DNA from: an uncultured Sutterella sp.
Lineage (GTDB): Bacteria; Pseudomonadota; Gammaproteobacteria; Burkholderiales; Burkholderiaceae_F
Reading direction: 5' to 3'
Assembly: GCA_900542195.1 (NCBI GenBank)
Contig: UQNA01000001.1
Location: 49,640-113,639 of the forward strand
Length of the DNA stretch: 64,000 bases
Below, piece by piece: positions 51,861 to 63,375 of this stretch. A model generated the notes under the pieces. That model ran no database searches. It saw only the letters and a program-made list of their open reading frames with translations, and was not told the DNA's origin. Positions within the stretch are counted from its first letter, which is position 1. Each line of letters begins with the position of its first letter. The translations under genes were made by a program, and so were the position numbers.

Positions 51861-54800
51861 ATGTATATACATGCACGTTCCGTATGCCCGAAAAGCGGCA
51901 GAAATAAGCTCGTCGCTGCCATAGCCAGCGCGCTCGTCGCCCTCCCTCTTGGAATCCCATCTGATGGGTACTCCGCCGACTCAAACGCTGTCTTCCCAGC
52001 AGACGATGTCCTAGAAATTTCTGCCACGTCAAATAAAGGGGGGGAGTACGCCTTCGTCAATAGCTGACAAAATAAAAAAAGAGAAGTACAAAAGACTTCC
52101 GGATTTCTCCACTGAAAGATGGGCATTGTTTCTCACGGATCCGAAATGGAGCACTTTGAGCGATAATGCTGATTACCGCTCTTTGAGCGAACCCACGTAC
52201 AAGAATTCCCAACTCTTCATTACTGCCAAAGGAAGCAATATGGCAGGGGAAGATGAGTCAAAAAGATTCTCGATTTTCGGTGCTTACTATGACGGAGACA
52301 ATAAAAATGGAACAAACGATGGTACAGACGGCCTTAAGCGTCAAACTCCAACTGAAGACCAACGTAAGCTTTTAAGCCAATACTTTAGCCAAAGAACGCT
52401 TACTCTTACACTTGATAAATCATCGGACGAACAACCCTATACCTTGTTTGTTTCCGACGTTTTCGGGGCAAATAATGACTTTGCCGGAAGAGCCGTAAGT
52501 AACACGGCTATGCCTAAAGACAGCGATTTCGTAAAAGCCAATAATAATTCTGTTCTTATTAATCTAGAGAACAATACTTTGAACTTCAAGAGAATCAAAG
52601 GAGGCAAAGGAGTCAGCTGGAGAGAACTCACCGGCAAGAATAACGTCAAACCTATCACCCAGGCCTCGTATAACCTGGTTGTAATAGAGGGAGCAGAAAA
52701 GTCTCAAAATCAAATCAATCTTATCGGTGTTTATGACCAAGAAGACTCTAACTCAATCCAAACTGAAGACAAAGAGTTTTATCTGAATCCCTCTATTTTC
52801 GGAGGAGATGCCCTTCAGGCGGATCACAATATTGTCTTTTTAAAGAATGTTAATACAGACGGGATCGCCCGCAAATTCGGCATTGTGGGAGGTAGAGCTC
52901 AAGACGGCACTGCAGTAAATGGCTCGACATCCGTTGGGGCAGACAGCCGAAACAATTTAGTCTTGATTCAAAACTCTATTATTGGGGTTGATGGGGAAAA
53001 GAGCGAAGGTACCAATGTGTACGGGGGCCTGGGCTACGCTTCTGCACAAAATAATGCTGTAGTCATAGACAACACCAAGATCTTAGGCAATGTTTCGGGA
53101 GGCTTAAGCTTCTTAGATAATGTAATGTTCGACGGCTCTTACCATAAGTTTGTCTATGGTCCAAAGATTTCTAGTGACGGTTTCAATGCCGATCAAGTCC
53201 TAAGATCCTTTAACAAAGGTCTGACCGAAGACCATAACAGCGTCTACCTTAACCAGGCTGTGCTCGAGGGAACCTCCGCCGTCTACGCAAGCTCCGGTGG
53301 CCTTATCAAAACAACAGACGACAAACCCCAGGACTATATATATTTTGTTAATTCTAAACTTGTTAACCTGAGAAGAGGTACCGTTTACTTAAACGGTGCT
53401 AATCGTGCTTCTTCAATTTATGCCGATACGGTGTACTTTGGTAAGGTATTTGATTCTTCTGGGAAAAAGCTTTTAGCTGACACCTATACTGATGCTAAAC
53501 CTCTTACGGTCACCTTCGGTCACAGTCTCTCAGAGTCATACATCCGAACCTCCGCTGGTTTCCACTCAACGTTGACACGCTTGAACGAAGACCAAAGTGA
53601 TATCACACACGGAAAACACAATTACTGGACTAAGGTTGTAGTGAATTTAGGCGATGTCACTAAAATTAATGGTGACGGCAAGCATTTGAACACTACGGTT
53701 CCAGTATTTGAAAAAGAAGTGAGAGATGGAAATTCATATGCTGTCGCGAAGGACACGGTATTTTCCCTTCTCGCCCAAGACAATGTCGGAGGCTCAAGCA
53801 CCTTCTTGGCAATTTCTTCTGGTTACCACACGGATTCTGATGGAAAAATTCTTGACAGTACACCCGTCCGTGCTCTTAATTTGAATTGGTCTCGTATCCT
53901 TGAATACCGCCTCTCTTATGCATCCGGAGGAAGGTATTCAAAGGATCCTAATGAAAAACTAACCGTTGAAATCAACCAACCGGCTCCATCATACTCGAAT
54001 GCTGCCGTTCCTCTTCCGTTGCTTCAAGTCTTCCAAGGAGAGGCTGAGGTTCTTTCTCCTTCCGAAACTTATGTTTGGGTTGACGGAGACAGGAACTGGT
54101 ACAAGACTCAAGAAGACTATAACGCTAAGGAAAACCCAATCATAGACAAAATCGCTTTTCTTGAAGAGGTTCAGACTCAAACAGCAAAATCTCGCAAGTT
54201 AAAGGCAGACATTCAACAAAATGGGAAAGAGGTCGCAAGGGCTGAATACGCTCTGCTCCCGTACCTCAGTGTCGGAGAACTGTATGAAGTTAAAGATACA
54301 GACGGACGCGTAGAGAACTTTAAGGGCCATATCTTCTCTTTGACCCCATTGCTGAAGACCGACGCCGATCTATTTGTATCAAAAAATAATGTTGACGGCA
54401 CTACTAATATTTTTAAGGGAAATTTTGATGAAACCCAGCTGTACTATCGCGACGAAGACGGTAATTTCTACGAAGAAGTAGCTTCAGCCGGAGATATTGT
54501 AAGCGTCACCAATCTATCCGGAACCAGTGCTGAAGCCGGTGGTCTTGCCTTAGGTTCGCGTCTCATGAAACTCGAGCTCTTGGACCAAGTGGTTCTGAAT
54601 GGACTAACAGAGGATCAAACTGACATCTCTACTGATTCCTACACCGCAGAGATGGAACTAACGGGCATAGGAGGAATTTATATTCCTGCTTCAAATACTG
54701 TTTTCATCGGAGGAAAGGACAATCAAAATTCTTTCTCTGGTAAGACAGAAGTCGGAGCATCCGGAAAACTTTCCTTAGTCGCTACCGGAGCTCTCGGAAA

Positions 54801-57800
54801 TACCGAAAGTGTGGTACTTGGAAGTGCGGCTACTCTTACCGTTTCCAAACGCATTGATTCCAAAGAAGATAAACCGACTACTTCTCAGACGATAAAGAAT
54901 ATCAATGGGGCTGACGACAAAACCTCACTGGTTATAGAGAAAGATAATTCCCTAAAACTTACGGGATCTACTGATGCAGGCCAAATCGGAATTGTCAGTG
55001 GAGCAGGAAATCTAAGCATTGAAAATACTAAATTTAAAATCTTGTCTAGTGGCACCTTCTCCGGTCCTACCAATCTAACTGCATCAACCTTAACGCTTAA
55101 TAAAGCCGACGGTCTGGGAACAAGTGCCGTCACATTTGACAATAAGCCAACAGTTATTTTTGAGTCTCCGAATGGAACCTCGGACAATAACAATACTTTC
55201 CAAGGTGAGGGTTCCCTTCTGGTAAATGGCGGATCCCTGACTTTGGCCGGAAAGTACGCTGATCTAACCTCGACCTTTACTGGCGGCCTAACTCTCGAAA
55301 ATGCCACAGTCACAACTAAGAATGATAACGGTTACGGTTGGAAGAGAGTGGGTTCAGGCGATATTGCCTTAAACGGCACCTCTTCTCTCACGGTCTATTA
55401 TTCAAACGTTCAAGAGACAACCGGTGCGTCTTTTGAAAATAAGAAGCTCTCAGGCAGTGGAACTCTGAGCCTTGTTAACTCCGGGACAAATCAAGATAGT
55501 TTTAAATTCGGATCTCAGAACAATTCCGGTACTTTTACCGGCACTCTTGCTCTCAACAACGTCGGTATTTCACTTGACGGTCAAAATGCGACCGCAATGA
55601 AAAATGCTTCACTGAAGCTTGACAATAAATCCACAGCCATTATCACCAAAAAATTTGAAACTACGGGAAAAGTCACCTTTCTAGCCGGTGCCACACTGGA
55701 TTTTTCCTCTGTTGAAAATCACCTTGGGGCCAAAGAAATTTCCAACACCATTACCGCATCAAACGGATTTGACTTTTCGAATTCTCCTCAAGGAAAAATA
55801 AAAGTTAACCTCAGCGGTAAGGTAGGCACAGGCGATGCCTCTTTGGGTTTGCCTCTATTAGATCAAGACAATGGTCCTGTAAAACTTTACTTTGGATTCG
55901 GCAATGTCACTGGAAGTTTGGCCAATATCAAATTAGTCAATGCCGATGGAACAGACCTAGACTTAGGATCACAAAAATTTGACTATAAGGACGGGACTGC
56001 TGAACTGACCTACTCTTGGGGACTTACTGCCGATACTCCCAGCTCTCCTCTCTTCGGCACCTCTGAAGGTTTTGGATTAGGTTACAAACTCACAACAGTT
56101 AATGTCAATGATGGGGAGACCTTGGTTTTAGGACCTGTCGAAAATGGTCACGATTCCACTTTGTCGGCGAAGTTAACCAGCAACGAGGGAAGTGGCAGCG
56201 AAGTCGTAATTCACGGAGATCTCAACTTTGATAACCGTAATAATAACTTTGACAGTAAGCTGATCCTTACCGCAGGATCTTCTTTGACAGCCGTGGCCGG
56301 AGCACTTGGTCAGGAAGGTAGTCAGAAAGATGAATTGTTTGCATCCGAAGTCTCGCTTAAAGATTCTTCCAAACTGACTCTTAAGGAGGGTTCTCATACT
56401 ATCGGAAGTCTCAATACTGCTAGCTCTAGCAATGTTGTAATGGATGCAGCCACTAACCTGACCATTAGAGGAAACTCTACAGTTGAAGGGACCTTGGCTG
56501 GTGGCAAGAGCCTTAATTTTGAAGGAAAAGAGGGCTCGGTTCTAAATGTCAAAATCTCTTCTTCGAACGATCAATTCAAAGCCCTAGTTTCTTCTTTGGA
56601 ATACACTTCCTTAACGCTTGGAAAGGTGTCCTCGCTCGGAAGTTCTCTCATTAAGCTGGATCAGAACAGCACGGTTCAATACAGTGGCCCTAATTCCTGG
56701 AAGTCTTCTAACATCTTCGAGGGATTAGGCAGCATCGTTTATCAAGCACAAGACAGTGAAGCCAACACTTTTACTTTTAATGAAAAACAAGGAGAGTTTT
56801 CGGGAACCCTCGAGCTTCAGAAGGCACACATAGAACTTTCTGATGAGCAGTGACGGCATTACAAAACGCCACTTTAAAGCTGGGAAGCAACTCTTCCGCA
56901 CTGGTAGTAGGAGACAGAAAACTCTCCCAACTTGAAATGTCCTCCGGCTCAGTGTTGAATTTAGGGAAAGTTGACTTAGTCAATCAAAAAGCTACCGGCA
57001 GTCTGCAGGTTAATACATTAGGAACCATTAACGGCCAGATTACTTTCGGCGGATTTACTGCAGATATAAATGGAGAATGGGAAAAACTTCTTGATTTGGA
57101 TGAAACAGCGTATACCAAGCTAGTTAGTGGTCCTAAAGAAACCTCAACTCCCAATCCACAGTTCACTTATTACGAGGTTATTCAGGAAAAGAAACTTGAG
57201 CTGGTTAAAGGTGAAAAGAAACTTGAGTTGGCTAAAGGTGTTGAGGGAACCTTCGACATCGACTACACAAATACAAAAGATAACGAAATCGGTGCCTTCG
57301 TTACTTCAATCCTCAAATTATTGGATGTAGGGAAAGGAACGACTGTAACTTTTAAAAAAGGCAGCGGCTCCCAAGGCGATGATTTTTCGGCAGGTATCCT
57401 AGGTAAAGGCACAATTATTATTACGGATAATCTAATCTTTAATGCCAAAGAAGGAGACACTGAGTTTCAAGGAACATTAAAGGTTAATCCCGGCAGTTCT
57501 TTGACATTACAAAATGCCGAAGGCTTAGGAACTCAGGTTAGCCATGTCTCTGTCATTGAGAACTCCGGGACTATCAATATTGCCAGCCAGACATACGCCA
57601 ATAGGATTTCTGGAGCTGGAGACTGGAACCTTACAGGAGGTGCCAGCCCTAGCTTACATCTGGTTAATGCAGGTGGAAGCATCGGCAATTGGAGTGAAGG
57701 CACTTCTTCATGGATTCAAGGCAGCCTTGGAGGTGAGGGCAACATTCTTATTGACGAAGGCGCGCTCAAAATCGAAAGTTCTAATGAGAACCTACAAGGA

Positions 57801-60800
57801 AAATTAACCATTGGTTCCCAACGCACTAAGGCTGAAGTCATTTTGATGAAGACCGATTCTATCGGGTCAATGGAGGTTGAAATTGCGAAGGAATCTCTCC
57901 TGACCTTGGAAGGTTTAAATGGAAAGTTTGAGAATGTTTTGACTTCCAGCAATGGCAAGGTTTTAGTCACTTCGAGCTCTAACCTCGACATTACTAACAG
58001 CAATGGATTCCAAGGAAGTTATGAAATAAATGATGGGTCTACACTTTCTTTTGGCGAACTTTCCGGCTTTGCCAATGCAACCAACGTTAGTGCTGATGTT
58101 GAGAAAGAATCCTCCCTTCGCTTGGAGTATGGCCAAGCGTGGGAACTCCAAAGCGTCATTTCCGGAGGTGGAACGATTGTTATTGGAGCAGGAACTACTG
58201 CCCATCGAATAATGTTCACAACTGATGTCGCTCAGACGATGGGAGAACAATTCTACGGTGACATCCACGTTAAAAATGCCTACGTCGATCTCACGGCAAA
58301 TGCCCAAGCAGCCCTGACCCGAGGCTCACTTGTCTTAGATAAAAACGGAAAAGCCTCAATCCAAGAACCCCCAAGCGGCTCTTCTTACAAAATCGGAGGT
58401 CTGAGCTTTAACGGAGGAATATTGGATGCTTCGAAGGCTATCGTCACTCCGGGCAAAGCAGATGCTCAGACCTTATTGAATATCAGTGGCTATCACGAAT
58501 CCGGAGACAAAACAGGCACACATGTATTAAACCTCTCCGTCGAAGTTGAAAGTTATATCCAAATACGTCTATCCAATAGCGCCGTCAGCTCTCAAAACAT
58601 TTACTACGACCATATCAAAGACTTCTCTTTACTAGACCAAGACGAAGGTACGCTCAATGTCAGCAAAGATGATATTCTTCATGCAAAAATTGTCGGACTC
58701 TACAATGAAGATACTTGGGAGAACAAATCACGCGTTGAAGGCGACCTTGACAAAAACAAACTGGTCAGCGAATTCTTTGATGAAAAGGGAAATGAACGCC
58801 AAATCAAGGACAGCACACACAAGCTTTATTCTGGTGCTCAGGAAGATCAAAACCAAGTAGGGGTTGGACACTATAACTTCAGTCTCTCCGCTCTTACAAC
58901 TAACCAATCCTCAGAAAAGGCAGGTATTTACGTCGGTTACGGTCTTGTCGGCGTGGAAATTAAAGGAGGTAAGACTCTGACCTTAACACCGGGACGAGAA
59001 GCCGGTGGAGATACTTTCTCTGCGTGGGTCAAAGACGAAACCGGTTCAAGCGGCAACCTTGTCATTGCAAAAGGCCAACAAGAAGGAAATATTATTCGGC
59101 TGCAAAATAGTGCCAATGCTTACACAGGTACAACAACCGTTAATCAAGGCATGAAGCTTGTAGCTGCGACAGATAGCGCTCTTGGCAAGACAAGTGAACT
59201 CATCCTGGATGCCGGTTCTTCTTATGAACAAGCCGCCGGAACAACTCAAACTATTGGAAAACTCAACCAATCCGCCGGACAAAGCTCTGTATTTGTAGAT
59301 AAGAATGCTATTTTGGCTCTGGCTAAAGGTGGACTTTCCAACGGACATAATGCCCTGACAGGAGCCGGCACCCTTAAAGTCGAATCTGAGACTTTACAGG
59401 TCTCTCACTCTAATGCCGGACTCACAGGAAATGTGGAAATCGCCAACGATGCTTCCGTGCTCGCTTTATCCTCTCAATCTTTGGGTTCTTCGGACGTTAT
59501 TCTCGAAGGCCAGGGCAGCTTAACCTTCAAGGACATTGGTGGCGGCTCCTCCGTCTCCAACACTTTCCATGGAGCGGGCTCGATCAATCTGTCTAAGTCC
59601 GATATAAAGTTCTCCAAATCCTCCACTGGATTTACAGGAACAATCATTCTTGACTCTCCTTCCCATCTGGCTGTGGAAAAACTTGATGCTTTAGGAGCCT
59701 CCGAGATTAAGAATGAAGGTACTCTTCACTTAAATCTGGATGCAGACGAAGGATGGAATGAGGTCGCACTGGTGACTCGCTCAGCCGGAAGCAGAAAACT
59801 TACTGGATCCGGCAATGTCATTAAGACAGGAAAAGGTGTCCTCACGCTTCATTCGAATTACGCTTCTGAAGGCACAACCACTATCGAACAAGGCGGAGCA
59901 ATTTCCGGAACGGCAGAAGATCCTTTAAATCTTGCCGCTTCCTTTGATGTCCGAAAAGGTGCATATTTACAAGCTTTCGGTTCGATAAACAACCTGACAA
60001 ATGCCGGTACCGTTTACCTTAACGGCATTGATGCAAAGAAGACCTCGGAAAGTAAGCTGACCGTAAACGGAGATTTTGTCGGCAACGGCGGTACATTAGT
60101 CTTTGATGCCGATTTAGCAGCAGATACCAACTCGCATCAAAACACTCTCCTCGTCAAAGGAAACGCAACAGGAAACGGATTTATTCGAGTTAATAACTTG
60201 GATGGTAAAGGTGCTCAAACTCAAGAAGGCATAACCTTAGTCAGCATCGAAGGGAACTCTAATGTCAGCTTCCTGCTCGACGGAGCAGCCAAAGCCGGTG
60301 CCTATGATTATCTCTTGATGAATTCTGCCGACAATAAACGCTGGTACTTAAACTCTGTGAACCGACGCGTACGCTCTGAGGCAGGTACGTACATCGGCTT
60401 AGCACTAGCTGCCGAACAGATGAATATGCGCCTGCACGACAGAATGGGCCAGACCTACGTGGTCGATCCTCAATCAGGTGAACTCCGTCAGGCTGCAGGA
60501 TGGGTCCGTCAGCTTGCTTCTCACTCTCGCTTCAGTACCGAAGGAGAAAAGACTCGTCTTTCTACCTCCGTTACTCAGCTGGGTATGGACGCTCTGCGCT
60601 TCAAACCTTCTGCTGAAACCAATGCTGTCGCAGGTTTTTATGCCGGCGGTCTTTACGGAAAATCCAAGACAAGGGCCGCTTCCTTCTCCAAAGGAAAAAT
60701 CGATGGTTTCGCCCTTGGCGTTTACGGCACCTTCTATACCGGCGCTGATGCAGATGACGGCTTCTACACTGATACTTGGCTGCAGTACGGACGCTATGAC

Positions 60801-61298
60801 AACCGGATTACCGGAGAAGATCCAGAGCTCAAATTCCGCTCTCACGGATTCACTTTCTCCGTCGAAACAGGTTATAGCTTCAAACTTGCTAAGACAGGCA
60901 CTGAGAAAGAAACCGACTTCATTATTCAACCGCAAGCTCAGCTCATCGTCACAGATTTAAAGAACAACTCTGTCAGCGATACGCACGGATAGAAATTTAA
61001 ACAGCTTGGTAAGAATAATGCCACGGTGCGTCTTGGGGCCCGATTCATGGTTAAGCAGGACACAAAGCTAACGGCTTTTGTCGAAGGCAATTGGCTGCAT
61101 AACACGAAGAAGGCCGGTGTACAGATGGGAACCGAAGGTGTTTACATGAGCGGAGGCAAAAACACCGGGGAAATCAGAGTCGGTGCGGAAGGCACCCTCA
61201 GTCGCAACCTGAAAGGCTGGGTCAGCGGATCATTCCGAGCCGGGCAGTCCGGATATCACACCGAATCTGCACAGGTTGGCCTGAAGCTTCTCTTCTAA
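51861..61298 (+). pseudogene. Giant autotransporter adhesin gene (about 9.4 kb, about 3100 aa if intact) split into four ORF fragments. It is either phase-OFF or a decaying pseudogene.
   Basis: Fragments:
- signal peptide ORF, 51861-52067 (frame 0)
- 52126-56853 (frame +1)
- 56850-60992 (frame 0)
- 61026-61298 (in frame with the preceding fragment, after an amber codon)
The last fragment is the beta-barrel C-terminus ...SAQVGLKLLF. The passenger is Gly/Thr/Ser/Asn-rich with beta-helix-like repeats throughout. Confidence 0.7.
52038..52044 (+). repeat. Poly-G tract (G7) at the junction between signal peptide and passenger of the giant autotransporter
   Basis: Seen directly: aaataaaGGGGGGGagtacg. 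In the current frame it reads K-G-G-E...VNS*. Confidence 0.85.
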
Positions 61299-62034
61299 GT
61301 GCTTGCCTTATCACGGATCTAAATGACAGGATGGAGTCTCTGGTTAACGACCGGAGACTCCAGCACCGCCTCCCCCACAGACGTAATCTCATAATAAAAG
61401 GCCTCTGTCTAAAATCCGAGTTTGGAAGTTAAAGGTAAAAAAATTTCTTTGATGTCTTTATGCTCAAGACCTCGAAGGATTTTCTAATTTTTACGCTTGT
61501 ATTCCTATAAAAGCCTGTAGAAGCCAAGGACTCTCTTGACTATTTTGTAACTGCTCCTTTTTTACAGAATGGCTTGACCTGCCTGGAAAAGACAGAAAGC
61601 TCTTACAACAATTAGTACGAATCCAGACGCCAGATAGATAAATTTAAGAGAACGTCCGGAGTGATAAGTTCAAGAGGAAGACTGCCATCGGTAAGAACGG
61701 CAGTTTCTTGTTTAGATTAATAACCATCTGGTGTCGAACGGCAAGCCAATAAGGATGGTCGGGAGTCGATGAGAGATTTGGATGCTTCGGCTGCGTCACT
61801 AATCAACAGAAAAGAATAACAGTCCAATGGCTAAGAAAAGAAGTTCGAGAGCTTTAAGGTGGGCAAGAGAAGGAAATTTAAATAGGCCTTAATTATTGAA
61901 TTAGCGCAAGGTGTAGGTCAGCTCGAAAGCATTGCTACTCTTTGTATTTGAGAAAATAGGATCGCCCTCGGTTGAACCGGTAGAAATCCCAAACTAGCAT
62001 CAAACTTCTGCGGAAACTTTCTCCTTATCTCTCG

Positions 62035-62415
62035 TCACCGTTTCGTATAATTGCACTTTTGACATTGCGGCAGCGCATTTTTGTTATCTTCTTTATGGAA
62101 GGCTCCCGACCATTTACAAATGCTCTGCAGGATAGGAATTGCCGAAGAACCCTTGTCAGTTAAACAATACTGAACCCTGGGTGGAATTTCATCAAACTGT
62201 TGCCGCATTATCATGTTATCCGTTTGCAATTCTTTTAGGGTTGCAGCGAGCACGGCATCCGTGATATTTGACATTTCTTTTCTCAAAGAACTGTATCGCA
62301 AAGTACCTTTTTCTGCTAATACGCACAACACTCTGGACTTCCACTTTCCCCCAAAAACATCTAAACCATATTCCAATGGGCAGCGAATATCTTTTTCTAA
62401 CTTTGGTGTATACAC
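62035..62415 (-). CDS. HxlR-family winged-helix transcriptional regulator
   Basis: CPLEYGLDVFGGKWKSRVLCVLAEKGTLRYSSLRKEMSNITDAVLAATLKELQTDNMI matches the HxlR/DUF24 signature. Confidence 0.8.
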   Translation of the reverse strand: MYTPKLEKDIRCPLEYGLDVFGGKWKSRVLCVLAEKGTLRYSSLRKEMSNITDAVLAATLKELQTDNMIMRQQFDEIPPRVQYCLTDKGSSAIPILQSICKWSGAFHKEDNKNALPQCQKCNYTKR

Positions 62416-62552
62416 AGTCTTGCACTCCTTTCAAGTCAAAGTATAAAACATATTCCACAACTCTTAAGTTACTATCAAATTTGATAGTAACTAATAAATT
62501 TATTTATATATTTCATTTTTAGAGTTACGTTCGTATAATTTAGTCAAGTTCC

Positions 62553-62876
62553 ATGAGGAACGAACTCAAATTCGGAGTAATTCAAATGAAAGTAAATGCT
62601 TACTTAGAAATCACTATGCAAATCAATGAAGAAAACCGTCCGGCTGCCGCAAAGGTTTATAACGATTTCAGACAGCCCTTCCTTGACACGATTAAGGGTG
62701 CCTTAACAAAGGAACTGTTAATTCGTAAGGAAGATGTTCAGGTTCTCCATGGCTTTGACAACGTGGAAAACGCAAAAGCCTATCTTGACAGCGCCATGTT
62801 CAAAGAGGACGTTTTTGTAGGTCTGAAACCACTTTGGCACGCAACTCCGGAAGTAAAAATTTATGCTGTTGCTTAA
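62553..62876 (+). CDS. Small hypothetical protein, divergent from the HxlR regulator (likely HxlR target; fold not assignable)
   Basis: Divergent arrangement 138 bp from the regulator start. The probable start is the internal MKVNAYLEI; no motif recognised. Confidence 0.4.
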   Translation: MRNELKFGVIQMKVNAYLEITMQINEENRPAAAKVYNDFRQPFLDTIKGALTKELLIRKEDVQVLHGFDNVENAKAYLDSAMFKEDVFVGLKPLWHATPEVKIYAVA

Positions 62877-63375
62877 GTGTCACATACTGCGGTAGCGTGG
62901 CTGTAGAACAATTTCCTTGCTAAGTTTCCACCGGTCTTCAAAAGAAGTGACTCATTCCTAAACACGTTCTCGGAAAATGCTTCAGGAGAGTCACCTCCTA
63001 TAAAACTTTTTTGTCCAAAGTAAATGTCACTTGAGTAGAAGACAGTTGTATTTCATTTACGCCGTCTGCTTCCAAAGAGCATGCTCTATCCCCGACCTTA
63101 TCATCCTTTTTGAAGACTCTGTCTTGCTGACGCCAATACTTCTCTTCCTCCATCTTGTTGTTCAGGCCAGGTGTTATGACACGTTGCCAGTAACATTGGA
63201 GCGTTTGGTCAGAAAAGAGTTCTGCCAATCACTAGACGGACAAAGCGGCCGAATTGCAGCTACCTTTCAAAGTTAGGTTCCGCTGAAGAGCCCGGTTTTC
63301 TACTCTACTAAACATTCTGTGAGGCGCACTCCAAAACCTAATCAATTGCTAGGTTTTGGAAAGTGCTGTGTAGTC

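Noticed and set aside
56844-56853. Overlap of the 1575-aa and 1380-aa ORFs as a programmed ribosomal frameshift site
   Set aside because: There is no slippery heptamer, homopolymer or downstream structure at gagcagtgacg. A simple 1-nt deletion or error is more parsimonious.
52126-60992. Treating the 1575-aa and 1380-aa ORFs as two separate secreted proteins (for example a TpsA/TpsB two-partner system)
   Set aside because: Neither has a signal peptide or TPS domain, the repeat style is continuous across the junction, and a single autotransporter barrel sits only at the far 3' end. This is one gene.
62998-63276. Overlapping 76-aa (-) and 81-aa (+) ORFs between the small HxlR-adjacent gene and pyrE
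   Set aside because: Mutually antisense with no RBS or motif. The region more likely holds a terminator (AGGAG-agtcac-CTCCT plus a T-run near 62985-63010) and a promoter.
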